From: a virus
Taxonomy: Duplodnaviria; Caudoviricetes
IMG/VR virus record: IMGVR_UViG_3300030376_001612
Span: 1 to 64,000 of that record
DNA: 64,000 nt
Direction: 5' to 3' (one strand)
The notes beneath the pieces were generated by a model that saw nothing but the letters and a program-made list of their open reading frames with translations, was not told the origin of the DNA and did no database searches. The translations under genes and the position numbers were made by a program. Positions 20,658 through 30,432 of the stretch are shown in pieces (within the stretch, counting starts at the first letter, position 1; every line of letters begins with the position of its first letter).

Positions 20658-21104
20658 ATGAAATATTTATATATCATTGCTTTATCGTTGAGTTTTATTT
20701 CTTGTAACTCTGATGATGACATAGCAATACTTGAGTCAGAAGTATTTATATATACTATTGACCCTAACAAGGAACAGTATGAAGGAGACATGAGTGATTA
20801 CCAGTATCTGTATTTAGCACATACAAGTGATAAATCATGTGAAACTTTAGCTGATTGGACTACTTTTAACTATACATCTAATGGACCATTGTCATATGAA
20901 GACTATTTAATCTATTATTTTCTACCTCCTTACTCTATAGGATATGGTAGTAAACCGGATTATAAAATATTCAGTAACAATATCTATGATATAGAAGTAG
21001 ATTCAACGGAGATCAGTTGCAATAATAATATTGGTGAGTCATTACTCATTACTAATATGAGCACGCTGATTGAGAATGGAGACCTTATTATTAACTTAAA
21101 TTAA
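20658..21104 (+). CDS. Lipoprotein
   Basis: Lipobox FISC followed by NSDDD. Confidence 0.65.
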   Translation: MKYLYIIALSLSFISCNSDDDIAILESEVFIYTIDPNKEQYEGDMSDYQYLYLAHTSDKSCETLADWTTFNYTSNGPLSYEDYLIYYFLPPYSIGYGSKPDYKIFSNNIYDIEVDSTEISCNNNIGESLLITNMSTLIENGDLIINLN

Positions 21105-21109
21105 AAAAT

Positions 21110-21430
21110 ATGGATAGTCCTTTTATTAAGAGGTTACTCAAGTTTATACTTGTGGTACTTCAACCTTTGTGTGCTGTTTGGTTAATCCAAGTAGCAATCA
21201 TTGATTACAGCTGGTTACCTGCACTATGTGTAGCACCAGTAATGTTTCTATCATCAATAGTGCATTTAGCATTACTTGATAGAATTAAAATCTTACCTAG
21301 CATAAAATTTACCAAGAAATCACAGATTGGCTTTTCAATAGGCTTATCATCTAATGGATCTCTTGCAATCTTAGTTCCTTTCTTATACTTAGTAATAAGC
21401 TATAATGAAGATACGGCCCTTGAATTATGA
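21110..21430 (+). CDS. Membrane protein
   Basis: Two to three hydrophobic segments. Confidence 0.55.
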   Translation: MDSPFIKRLLKFILVVLQPLCAVWLIQVAIIDYSWLPALCVAPVMFLSSIVHLALLDRIKILPSIKFTKKSQIGFSIGLSSNGSLAILVPFLYLVISYNEDTALEL

Positions 21431-21613
21431 CACCAGTGTCGTACTAATAATAACATAGTATTATATACTATAATAACATTAGTATTAAGGCTAAAGAATA
21501 ATTGGTTAGGTAAGTGATAACCATTGTGTGAGATGGAGCAGTTACTTATAGTTAGTTTTTGTTTAGTATAATTTTAATTTTTCATGGATACTGCTCCTGA
21601 CCACACATATTTA

Positions 21614-21637
21614 CCTAATTATTTTTCTCCCAAGCGG
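21614..21637 (+). promoter_or_regulatory. Conserved 24-bp motif, copy 1
   Basis: CCTAATTATTTTTCTCCCAAGCGG. Confidence 0.65.
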
Positions 21638-21667
21638 AGATTTGCTAACATTTTAACACTTATAACA

Positions 21668-22450
21668 ATGAAAAATATAATTTATTTACTGTGCTTGATG
21701 ATAAGTATACCTGTATCAGCACAAATTGCAAAATGTCAATCAAGTAAGACTATAAAATGCTTGTATAAAAAGCCTAAGCAGGCTAAGAAGTATGAAAGAT
21801 TTCAAGATGCGTTCTCAGAATGGATAGCAGATCATCCATTAAAGAGAGATGACGTATTAAAATATCATACAGGAGCAATAAAGTATATTGCACCTAATGA
21901 TGTATATGATGCTGTATTTGATTATGAGATTGGCCCTTTAGATTTACATCAGTGTGCAGATGCAGCTATGTATCTATGGGCATCGTATAACTACAGTAAT
22001 GGGCCTGAATTCTATGAAAGACTAGTATTTAATGGTGCAGATGGTACTGAATATAACTATCTAGGCTATTTAGAAACATCAGGTAAAGAAGATAACTGCA
22101 AAACATTCAGAAGATGGCTTGATCTTGTGTGGACTTATGCTAATACATGGTCTATATCAGAATATAACCTTGTTTCTGTACCTATTTGGGATATCCAACC
22201 AGGTGATGTGTTAATTGTAGGTGGTTTTCCTGGGCATGCAGTAAGCGTTGTGGATGTGTTGTTAGACTCTGAGACAGGACATAAGTATTTTATGTTAGCT
22301 CAGAGCTTTATGCCTGCTCAGGAGAATCATATACTTAAAAATCCTGCAACAGGAGATGTGTGGTATGAAATAGAAGCATATATGACACATGTTAGAACAC
22401 CACAATATACGTTTCACATAAATGATTTAAAAAGATGGCGCAACAGATAG
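21668..22450 (+). CDS. Secreted DUF4846-like protein
   Basis: Signal peptide from ATG 21668; DLHQCADA, PGHAVSVVD, LAQSFMPAQE. Confidence 0.7.
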   Translation: MKNIIYLLCLMISIPVSAQIAKCQSSKTIKCLYKKPKQAKKYERFQDAFSEWIADHPLKRDDVLKYHTGAIKYIAPNDVYDAVFDYEIGPLDLHQCADAAMYLWASYNYSNGPEFYERLVFNGADGTEYNYLGYLETSGKEDNCKTFRRWLDLVWTYANTWSISEYNLVSVPIWDIQPGDVLIVGGFPGHAVSVVDVLLDSETGHKYFMLAQSFMPAQENHILKNPATGDVWYEIEAYMTHVRTPQYTFHINDLKRWRNR

Positions 22451-22917
22451 AAGTACCAATACCCTTTGACACTGCATACAAGCTCATTAGAAGTGGGCTT
22501 GTAGAGCATGTCAACAGAGATGCAGTAGCAGAATGCTTAATGGAGACTATGGATAAAGAAAGTATAGCAATAGTTATTATGCTACTGCAAGAATCTGAAC
22601 CATATGTACCTTTACTACCAGGTGATTATGTAAAATTTCACCGTAAATCAGCATACTTTGCAGATAAATATGACACTGATGTCCTTTTAGACATGGGATT
22701 GATGGTTGATGATTATATGTTTGGTAGAATACCATATAAAGATGATTATGGTAATACACCTAAAAGATTTAGTCCAAGACAGAGTGTAGAATTACTTGTT
22801 TATAATAACAAAAAAGAGTATGACACTGAAAATATGAGACTAGATACACATAATCTTACATATGTTGCAGAAGATGACATTCCTTATCTGAAAAACAAAC
22901 GTGCACAAGATATATAA
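22435..22917 (+). CDS. Hypothetical protein
   Basis: ORF track. Confidence 0.6.
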   Translation: MAQQIEVPIPFDTAYKLIRSGLVEHVNRDAVAECLMETMDKESIAIVIMLLQESEPYVPLLPGDYVKFHRKSAYFADKYDTDVLLDMGLMVDDYMFGRIPYKDDYGNTPKRFSPRQSVELLVYNNKKEYDTENMRLDTHNLTYVAEDDIPYLKNKRAQDI

Positions 22918-23155
22918 GAGATTTGGTATAGTTAACTGGGAAGTTATGTCTAATCCTTCTATTAAACCACAAGAAAAAGCATTGTATTCTATATTATGCG
23001 TCTATTGTGGAGATAAAAGAGAGTGTTTCCCATCTATATCAACACTTGCAGATATAATGGACTTGAGTCAGCGTCAAGTAAATAGATTAATAAAAAATCT
23101 TAAGATTCATGGCATTATTGCAAGAAAAGGACGTAAAATCCTTTTATTAGATTAG
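22901..23155 (+). CDS. Helix-turn-helix protein (HTH_36-like)
   Basis: EKALYSIL...CFPSISTLADIMDLSQRQVNRLIKNL. Confidence 0.75.
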   Translation: MHKIYKRFGIVNWEVMSNPSIKPQEKALYSILCVYCGDKRECFPSISTLADIMDLSQRQVNRLIKNLKIHGIIARKGRKILLLD

Positions 23156-23239
23156 TGCGTTAGCTATTATTATGCTAACTATTTACCAATTGAGCCGGTA
23201 ATATACACTATTAAACCAGTAAGACTGTATAATTTTTGT

Positions 23240-23247
23240 TACTTTTG
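23240..23247 (+). promoter_or_regulatory. Bacteroidota -7 element (TACTTTTG)
   Basis: TAnnTTTG 21 nt before ATG 23269. Confidence 0.5.
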
Positions 23248-23268
23248 ATTTGACTCAGATGTAATAAG

Positions 23269-23544
23269 ATGATACTACAACTCCCAAATGGCAGAATTAT
23301 AGAATGTTCGGTAGAACAGTACTTATCTATGTCAGATCAGGAGATAAAAGACCTTAATGGTATTGGCTCAGCATATACAAAAGAAGTAGGTAACCCATTT
23401 TATGGTTTGTATGCTAATACAACGTTAGCACGCAAAGAAGCTATGGAAGATATGAAGTCAGAAAGGGAATATGAACCCAGACTAGATGAAGTATCTGATG
23501 TAGATAAAATGAATGATGACTACTTTCACTCAGATGATATCTGA
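23269..23544 (+). CDS. Hypothetical protein
   Basis: ORF track. Confidence 0.65.
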   Translation: MILQLPNGRIIECSVEQYLSMSDQEIKDLNGIGSAYTKEVGNPFYGLYANTTLARKEAMEDMKSEREYEPRLDEVSDVDKMNDDYFHSDDI

Positions 23545-23578
23545 TTAATCAATTTTTTCACCTTTTAATATTTTAATT

Positions 23579-24172
23579 ATGTCAACAGTCAAAATTATGG
23601 CTGATGAACTAGGCAATGTAATTCGCCAGTCATCAAACAATCCTGAGTTTGGATACATCAGACTCACACAAAAAAGAAGAGTTATTAAACCTAATAACTT
23701 TGTAGACGTCAAAAATCTATCAACATTAATCCACGGTAAACTAGAAGATCTGGAAGCTACAGGCCTACAGCATACAAAAGAGATATCCGGTAAGATATAT
23801 GTTATAGAACAAGTAACACCATTCAGTGAAGAAAACCCTGATAGGGATCTTAAATACGCTGGTACAACAGGAGTTATATGTGCAACCCAAGATGGGGAAC
23901 CTATTTATAGGAAAACATTCTATACAGAAGACCAGAATGTATCTGACACATTGATTGCTCATGCTAATGGTGATGCTATTAGAGAAGCTAACGGTACCTC
24001 AGCTAAGATTATGAAGGAAGTAAATGAAAAGCAAGTGGATTTAGAAGATTCAATTGCTGAAGTTGAAGGAGAAACAGAGGTAACAGATACACTTGTATCT
24101 GAAACAGAGGTAGTTGCTGAAACTCCTGTAGAAATTACAGAGGATGAGGGCATTGAGTCCTTTGATCTGTAG
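23579..24172 (+). CDS. Hypothetical protein with acidic tail (possible ssDNA-binding)
   Basis: Beta-rich core, acidic tail ending ESFDL. Confidence 0.5.
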   Translation: MSTVKIMADELGNVIRQSSNNPEFGYIRLTQKRRVIKPNNFVDVKNLSTLIHGKLEDLEATGLQHTKEISGKIYVIEQVTPFSEENPDRDLKYAGTTGVICATQDGEPIYRKTFYTEDQNVSDTLIAHANGDAIREANGTSAKIMKEVNEKQVDLEDSIAEVEGETEVTDTLVSETEVVAETPVEITEDEGIESFDL

Positions 24173-24287
24173 TATCTACTCATTATAAATACAAAAATCA
24201 TTTGTGCTAGCACTTATGCTTGATCATACGGTTTGGAGCCCGGTATTTATATTTATCACTTATGTATAACCCTATAATAATAATAAT

Positions 24288-24806
24288 ATGTTTAATCCAC
24301 AACAAATACAATCACTGAAACAACATCAAATAGAACAGTCAATTATAGATACAGAAAAAAGACTAAACTATTATGGTATACTATCAGAATACCAGTTACA
24401 TCCTAAAGATTTAGTTCAAAACTTGAGCTATCGTAAACTTAATCCGTATCAACACTTTTTGTTTAAACGTGTACTACATGGTTTAAACATGTATAATGCT
24501 GAAGATAAGGCTAAGTTACATTGGGATAAGAAAAGAAGGATAACAAGAGTATGGAAACGTGCTCAAAAGGAAATAAATAATTGGAAACAAATTATTTGTA
24601 ATAAGAAAGTAAATGCTTATTTTAGAGAGACATTTACAGGGCCTACTGCTGAGTATATTATATCTATACCACCAGAGGAAACATTAGAAAATTTTACTAA
24701 TACTATGACACTAAGAGATCTTGGAATTACATATGAAGACGTAATACTTAGATTTATGCAGAAAGGATTATTACCAAGAACATTCTTAACGTTGAAAGCA
24801 GCATGA
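24288..24806 (+). CDS. Hypothetical protein
   Basis: ORF track. Confidence 0.65.
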   Translation: MFNPQQIQSLKQHQIEQSIIDTEKRLNYYGILSEYQLHPKDLVQNLSYRKLNPYQHFLFKRVLHGLNMYNAEDKAKLHWDKKRRITRVWKRAQKEINNWKQIICNKKVNAYFRETFTGPTAEYIISIPPEETLENFTNTMTLRDLGITYEDVILRFMQKGLLPRTFLTLKAA

Positions 24807-25228
24807 AAATTAAGAAGAAACTATGCTATAGTTGTGATACTGAGCAAGTTATATGGAAGAATCATGAAGGTAATAAGTATTGTAAAATCTGTTGGTTTAA
24901 AATTAAACAAGAAGATAATTTTAAATCAGATTACTATAGAAAATATAGTAAACCTAGACAAAAGATTAAATCTATGTCTAATAAGATGCAGAAAACTGAG
25001 AGGGCTTACAGCGTATTACGCAAAGCCTTCTTAGAACAGCATCCTGTATGCAAAGCCAGCTTAGTTAAATGCACGGTTAAAGCTACAGATGTGCATCATA
25101 TGAAGGGAAGGGGTAAATATCATCTTGATACTACTACATGGCTTGCAGTGTGCAGACCATGTCATATGTTTATAGAAGAGAACCCTGATCTTGCTAATGA
25201 ATTTGGATTTTCAAAATCAAAACTATGA
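24803..25228 (+). CDS. HNH-like nuclease with Zn fingers
   Basis: C...ATDVHHMKGRG...LAVCRPCHMFIE. Confidence 0.7.
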   Translation: MKIKKKLCYSCDTEQVIWKNHEGNKYCKICWFKIKQEDNFKSDYYRKYSKPRQKIKSMSNKMQKTERAYSVLRKAFLEQHPVCKASLVKCTVKATDVHHMKGRGKYHLDTTTWLAVCRPCHMFIEENPDLANEFGFSKSKL

Positions 25229-25301
25229 ATAATAATAAAAAAGACTGGAACTGGTTTGCAATAATAACCTGGTCTATAATACTTTTATTTACATATACAC
25301 T

Positions 25302-26429
25302 ATGGAAGTACATAATAAAACTGTTCCTGTGAATAAAGATAGGGATGTTATACAAAAAGATGCATTGTCTATAGCAGTGCAGCATAAAAGATGTGGTCTT
25401 GGGATATCAATGGGTGTAGGTAAAACACGTATTGCTATAGAGCACCTCAAAAGAAATTATCATCCCCTTATACAAGTACTTGTAGTAGTGCCTAAGAATA
25501 CAGTTAAGCAATCATGGATTGATGAACTTAAAAAAATGAAGGCTTTACATCTAAGAGGGCATATTATATTTAGTACATATCTCTCTTTAAATAAACAAAA
25601 TCCAAATGAATATGATATTGTTTATTTAGATGAGTGTCATAGCCTATTAGAATCACATAAAAGTTTCTTAGATGCTTTTAACGGTAAGATACTTGGCCTT
25701 ACAGGTACACCGCCAAGAGTAAAAACAAGTGAGAAAGGACGTATGGTAGCAAAGTATTGTCCTATTAAATACACTTTTTCAGTTGATGATGCAACTGATT
25801 CAAAGATCTTAAATGATTACCAAATCATTGTACACCAACTTGAGTTGTCTGACTTAAAAACATTAAAGAAGAAAACTAAAGATGGTAGGCAATGGTATAC
25901 TTCAGAGAAGAAAGACTACGCATATGTAGTACAAAGAGTAGTGGCAGCTCAGACTCAGAAACAAATGCAGTTTGCATCTATAATGAGAATGAGAGCACTG
26001 ATGGATTACAGTACAAAAGAAACCTATGTAAAGGACCTACTTAGGAAAGTAAAAACAAAGTGTATTGTATTTGCAAATACTATGGATCAGGCTGATAGAG
26101 TCTGCAGGCATAGTTATCATTCAAAAAATCCAAACTCTGAAGATAATCTTCAATTATTTAGTGATGGACGGATAGATAAACTATCTTGTGTATTACAACT
26201 TAATGAGGGTGTTACTATTCCAGGCCTAAAGCAAGGCATTATTATGCATGCATATGGTAATGAAAGGAAGACAGCACAAAGAATTGGTAGATTATTAAGG
26301 TTAAATCCATCAAATACTGCAGTGTGTCACATATTGTGTTATAAAAATACACAAGATGAGACTTGGGTAGCCAAAGCACTAAAGGATTTTGATGAAAATA
26401 AAATCAAATATTATAATCCAACAATATAA
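25302..26429 (+). CDS. Superfamily II helicase
   Basis: MGVGKT, DECH, LTGTP, QRIGRLLR. Confidence 0.85.
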   Translation: MEVHNKTVPVNKDRDVIQKDALSIAVQHKRCGLGISMGVGKTRIAIEHLKRNYHPLIQVLVVVPKNTVKQSWIDELKKMKALHLRGHIIFSTYLSLNKQNPNEYDIVYLDECHSLLESHKSFLDAFNGKILGLTGTPPRVKTSEKGRMVAKYCPIKYTFSVDDATDSKILNDYQIIVHQLELSDLKTLKKKTKDGRQWYTSEKKDYAYVVQRVVAAQTQKQMQFASIMRMRALMDYSTKETYVKDLLRKVKTKCIVFANTMDQADRVCRHSYHSKNPNSEDNLQLFSDGRIDKLSCVLQLNEGVTIPGLKQGIIMHAYGNERKTAQRIGRLLRLNPSNTAVCHILCYKNTQDETWVAKALKDFDENKIKYYNPTI

Positions 26430-26432
26430 TTT

Positions 26433-26669
26433 ATGGGAAAAATGAAAGAAATTTTCATGGAAATGGTTGAACATGAATATAATGGGTCACATGATGCATT
26501 TATTCAAGACATGGCCAAACAAACTTGTGAGGAGTTTGTTCCGTGGAATCAAGATACATGTTTAAATTGTAACAACACAACTATGGAACGTAATGAAACT
26601 GAGGCAAGATGCTTAGCATGTGGTCATGAGTTTATTTATGTTGACGGTGAAGTTTTAAGATTTAAGTAA
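26433..26669 (+). CDS. Zn-ribbon protein
   Basis: CLNC...CLACG. Confidence 0.55.
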   Translation: MGKMKEIFMEMVEHEYNGSHDAFIQDMAKQTCEEFVPWNQDTCLNCNNTTMERNETEARCLACGHEFIYVDGEVLRFK

Positions 26670-27013
26670 TGAACAAGATAATACTAATAATAGCATTTCA
26701 TATTTCAGTTACGGCAACTATATATCATGCAGTTCCTGCACAGACAGATAGCACACCGTTTATTACGGCATCTAACAAGGTTATTAATAAAGATAATCCT
26801 GGTAAACATAGATGGATTGCAGTATCCAGAGACTTAGAAGCATTAGGATTTACATTTGGAGCACGTGTATGTGTAGAGAATGCAGGGCCAATGAACGGGT
26901 ATTGGATAGTGCAAGACAGAATGAACAAAAGATGGTCTTATAGAATAGACTTCTTAGTTGATGAGTCTATGAAAGGTGGCAAATGGGAGAATGTTAAAAT
27001 ATATTTAGAATAA
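26669..27013 (+). CDS. 3D-domain (lytic transglycosylase-like) protein
   Basis: TATIYH...QTDSTPFITAS, IAVSRDL, VQDRM, RIDFL; N-terminal hydrophobic stretch. Confidence 0.7.
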   Translation: MNKIILIIAFHISVTATIYHAVPAQTDSTPFITASNKVINKDNPGKHRWIAVSRDLEALGFTFGARVCVENAGPMNGYWIVQDRMNKRWSYRIDFLVDESMKGGKWENVKIYLE

Positions 27014-27014
27014 T

Positions 27015-27296
27015 ATGCAAAAGAGAATACATACCGTAGAGATAACAGAAAAATTTTGGGTTGACGTTTATTACAACTATGAACCAGGAGAACCAGAAGT
27101 ACATACATATGCTAATGGTGATCCTGGTCATCCTGGTAGTGCATCAACTGTAGAAATTGTACAGATCAGAGCATTATGCAAAGATAGAAATGGTAATAGT
27201 GTTGACGTAGACATATTACCTTATCTAGAATTGTTTGATGATTTAGATCCATGGATGCTAGAAGATAAAATACTAAAAGAACATAATGAAGAATAA
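27015..27296 (+). CDS. Hypothetical protein
   Basis: ORF track; YEPGEP...GDPGHPG. Confidence 0.6.
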   Translation: MQKRIHTVEITEKFWVDVYYNYEPGEPEVHTYANGDPGHPGSASTVEIVQIRALCKDRNGNSVDVDILPYLELFDDLDPWMLEDKILKEHNEE

Positions 27297-27669
27297 CCTA
27301 CATGCAAGACTAGTGGTAAACAATGGTAAGCTTGACTTTCCTAGTAAGCCACAAGAAACTAGATTTAATGCATTTCTAAAAGAGATACCTGATGGTACAC
27401 CAATAGATATATTTATGGGTGTAAGTACGGATAAGGGTAGCAATGCTCAGCTTGCTAGAGTACATGCTATGATCCGTGAGCTTGCACAATATATAGGATA
27501 TACTTTTGAAGAAGTAAAACTACAAACAAAAAGAAAAGCAGGATTATGCTTTGTTAGAGATAAGCAGGAGTATTGCAAAAGTTTTGCAGAGTGTGATAGG
27601 GACGAACTAAATTTAGTAATTCAAGCTCTTGTAGAAATGGGAGACTTCAATGGAATGCAGTTAAGATAA
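27286..27669 (+). CDS. NinB/YbcN-like protein
   Basis: SNAQLARVHAMIRELAQYIGYTFEEVK. Confidence 0.45.
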   Translation: MKNNLHARLVVNNGKLDFPSKPQETRFNAFLKEIPDGTPIDIFMGVSTDKGSNAQLARVHAMIRELAQYIGYTFEEVKLQTKRKAGLCFVRDKQEYCKSFAECDRDELNLVIQALVEMGDFNGMQLR

Positions 27670-28089
27670 TTATTTATCTTTCTTTGCTGCTTCTTGTTTA
27701 GCCTGTATATCTGCAAAGAACTCTTTATATAAATCAGTTTGTGTAGCAGTATCATTTTCAAGTATACTCTTTGTAAGTTTACCTAATAAGTCTGTATCCA
27801 TTTCAACATCAGACTCTTGATAAAGACCCTGGTCATTAGCATATGCAGCAAAAGTTTGTAGTAAAGAATAAATGATCCATGTGTGGTATTCATACCATTT
27901 AAGATCTAATTTCTTTTCATCTAACTCACCGCTAAGCATTCTTTTGAACTTGTTTAGTGTGGCTGATACATCTTCTGACTTAGGATACACTTGATCAATA
28001 TAGTATAACATTATTGATTGCAGTGCAGGAATATAATCTGAATGAACAGTAATACCTGTGATTGATTTTTTTTCTAATTGTTTTGCCAT
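27670..28089 (-). CDS. Hypothetical protein, antisense to its block
   Basis: 139 aa, fills gap exactly, no plus-strand ORF there. Confidence 0.65.
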   Translation of the reverse strand: MAKQLEKKSITGITVHSDYIPALQSIMLYYIDQVYPKSEDVSATLNKFKRMLSGELDEKKLDLKWYEYHTWIIYSLLQTFAAYANDQGLYQESDVEMDTDLLGKLTKSILENDTATQTDLYKEFFADIQAKQEAAKKDK

Positions 28090-28111
28090 GAGGTAAAAAT
28101 ATTTAAAATTT

Positions 28112-28798
28112 ATGAATGAACCAAATATATTATATATAATTAATAAAATAAAAGAAAAAGTGAGTAGCTCAGATTGGGCACCTCACTTACAACCGTGGCT
28201 TGATTCAGCTGATCACTACAATGTCGTAAAAGCCTTAAAATCAGCTAATGAATCAGGAGTAAGATTTACTCCAAGGTATGGTGATGCTTATAATGCATTC
28301 CTACATTGCCCGGTTAAACAACTGAAGGTTGTGATGATAGGGCAAGACCCCTATCCTCAGCCTGACGTTGCTGATGGAATAGCATTTAGCTGTAGCAAGA
28401 AGGGTAAACCTGAGGCTAGTTTACGCTATATATTTAAAGCGCTAGATACACCGGATGCAAATCCAGATCTAAAGAGATGGGCTGAACAAGGCGTGCTACT
28501 ACTTAATACGGCTATGACAGTAGAGGTAGGTAATATTGGTTCTCATTATGAAATGTGGAAACCTTTTACATCTTCTCTCCTTACAGAGATTAGCAACATG
28601 GACCCACAGATTTGTGTTGTTGGTCTGGGTAAAAAAGCACAAGAATGGTTAGGTTACTTTCCCTTCGCACATAAAATAGAAGTGTCTCACCCAGCTAGTG
28701 CTGCCTATCGTAAAGGTGGAACGTGGGACCATCAGAACGTATTCAATCGTATAAATGAATACTTAACTTGGCAAGGAAAAGACTTGATTAAGTGGTAA
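28112..28798 (+). CDS. ung: Uracil-DNA glycosylase (family 1)
   Basis: VVMIGQDPYP, GIAFS, QGVLLLN, SHPAS. Confidence 0.9.
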   Translation: MNEPNILYIINKIKEKVSSSDWAPHLQPWLDSADHYNVVKALKSANESGVRFTPRYGDAYNAFLHCPVKQLKVVMIGQDPYPQPDVADGIAFSCSKKGKPEASLRYIFKALDTPDANPDLKRWAEQGVLLLNTAMTVEVGNIGSHYEMWKPFTSSLLTEISNMDPQICVVGLGKKAQEWLGYFPFAHKIEVSHPASAAYRKGGTWDHQNVFNRINEYLTWQGKDLIKW

Positions 28799-28814
28799 GC
28801 TTTTCGTATATTTG
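28784..28814 (+). promoter_or_regulatory. Bacteroidota promoter (TTG-N20-TATATTTG)
   Basis: -33/-7 pair upstream of 28835. Confidence 0.6.
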
Positions 28815-28834
28815 ATAACCTTTAAAACCAATAT

Positions 28835-29425
28835 ATGTGGGACTTTTTTCAGATAATTACTAAGTCTGGTATGACTCCAAATGAGTGTCTTTCACTCTTT
28901 GCAGTACATATGAAGATTACACCTCACTATGGTAATAATATCAATAGTTTAATAAACAAAGGATTAATTGAATTTGATGATAAAAAACAGCATTATGTAA
29001 TTACAAATGATGCTAAAGATATTATGACCAAGTTAGACAACTATTTTCTTAAAGCAAAAAAGAAAACGGATATACAACTTTTGGGAAAAGACTTTGTAAC
29101 ATTAATTAATGATTACAGAGAAATATTCCCAGCTAAGAAATTACCTAGCGGTAAACCTGCAAGAAATAATGTAAAAGCTTTAGGCACAGCATTCAGATGG
29201 TTCTTTGAAACCTATAGTTATGATTGGGCCACTATATATAAAGCTACTAAGATGTATGTAAATGAATACAGAGACAAAGATTATTTATATATGCAGACAA
29301 GTCAATATTTTATTAGTAAACAAGATAAACACAAGGTAAAACATTCTACTCTTGCTGATTATTGTGATATGATACTAGAAGGTATTGACACAGAAGATGA
29401 ACATTTTAAAGAAAAAGTAGTATAA
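28835..29425 (+). CDS. Replication protein coupled to DnaB (initiator/loader candidate)
   Basis: wHTH-like N-terminus; stop overlaps DnaB start. Confidence 0.5.
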   Translation: MWDFFQIITKSGMTPNECLSLFAVHMKITPHYGNNINSLINKGLIEFDDKKQHYVITNDAKDIMTKLDNYFLKAKKKTDIQLLGKDFVTLINDYREIFPAKKLPSGKPARNNVKALGTAFRWFFETYSYDWATIYKATKMYVNEYRDKDYLYMQTSQYFISKQDKHKVKHSTLADYCDMILEGIDTEDEHFKEKVV

Positions 29426-30381
29426 TGGCAAAAGCAAAAGAAGCTTGGGTAGGGCAATACGCTGCCTTCAATGAAGCACTTAAGTATATGTACCGTAGAC
29501 AAACCGGTGAGGAAAAGTCTATATATACTCCTTGGCCTAAGTTTAATGATGCTACAACTGATGGATTAGAATGGAATACTCTTACAGTTATAGGTGGTAG
29601 ACCTGGTTCAGGTAAAACACTTATTAAAGATCAGATAGTAAGAGAATCATTTGTATTAAATCCAGCAGATGACTTTAGAGTATTAGAGTTTCAGTTTGAG
29701 ATGGTTGGTAGAACCTCAGCAATTAGAGAGTTCTCATCAATCACAGGTAAAACATATAAAGAATTATGTAGTGCCGGTAGTAAACTAAAGACAGATATTC
29801 TAAATAAATGTCATGCTTATGCTAAAGAAAGGGTCAAGCACCCTGTAGATATAGTAAGTAAACCTTTGACTGTAAATCAAATGCGTGATCAGATAGATAT
29901 GTATATGAATTTACATAAGGGTGCTAAAACTATAATAACACTAGATCATACCATGCTTGTTAAAAGAGCACCTTATCAGAATAGTAGCTTAGATATGCTA
30001 TTTGAGTTAGGTGAATTCTTTACACAGACAAAGCGTGAGTATCCATGTTTGTTTGTTGTTATCTCACAATTAAATAGAAACATTGATAACCCTGACAGGG
30101 CTGTTGATGGTAAGTATGGTAACTATGTACTTGAGTCAGACATATTTGGCTCAGATGCAATGTTACAACATGCTGATACATTAATTGGTATAAATAGACC
30201 AGCAAAACAAAAGATTAGATTCTATGGGCCAGATAGGTATATCATAGAAGATGATAGAACTCTTGTATTACATTTCTTGAAAGCAAGAAACGGTGATGCT
30301 AGAATGAGTTTCTTCAAGGCTAAATTTGAACAAATGGAAATAGCTGAGATGAAAACACCTGAACAACAGCAACGGAGATAA
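29425..30381 (+). CDS. dnaB: DnaB-like replicative helicase (C-terminal domain only)
   Basis: GGRPGSGKT, FEM, ISQLNR, LKARNG. Confidence 0.9.
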   Translation: MAKAKEAWVGQYAAFNEALKYMYRRQTGEEKSIYTPWPKFNDATTDGLEWNTLTVIGGRPGSGKTLIKDQIVRESFVLNPADDFRVLEFQFEMVGRTSAIREFSSITGKTYKELCSAGSKLKTDILNKCHAYAKERVKHPVDIVSKPLTVNQMRDQIDMYMNLHKGAKTIITLDHTMLVKRAPYQNSSLDMLFELGEFFTQTKREYPCLFVVISQLNRNIDNPDRAVDGKYGNYVLESDIFGSDAMLQHADTLIGINRPAKQKIRFYGPDRYIIEDDRTLVLHFLKARNGDARMSFFKAKFEQMEIAEMKTPEQQQRR

Positions 30382-30382
30382 A

Positions 30383-30406
30383 CCTATTTATTTTTCTCCC
30401 CAGCTG
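30383..30406 (+). promoter_or_regulatory. Conserved 24-bp motif, copy 2
   Basis: CCTATTTATTTTTCTCCCCAGCTG. Confidence 0.65.
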
Positions 30407-30432
30407 CTAGTTGCACGTTTAAAAATTATTAA

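Noticed and set aside
21584-21667. Track start of the DUF4846-like ORF
   Set aside because: Would run through the hairpin and promoter motif; the signal peptide begins at ATG 21668
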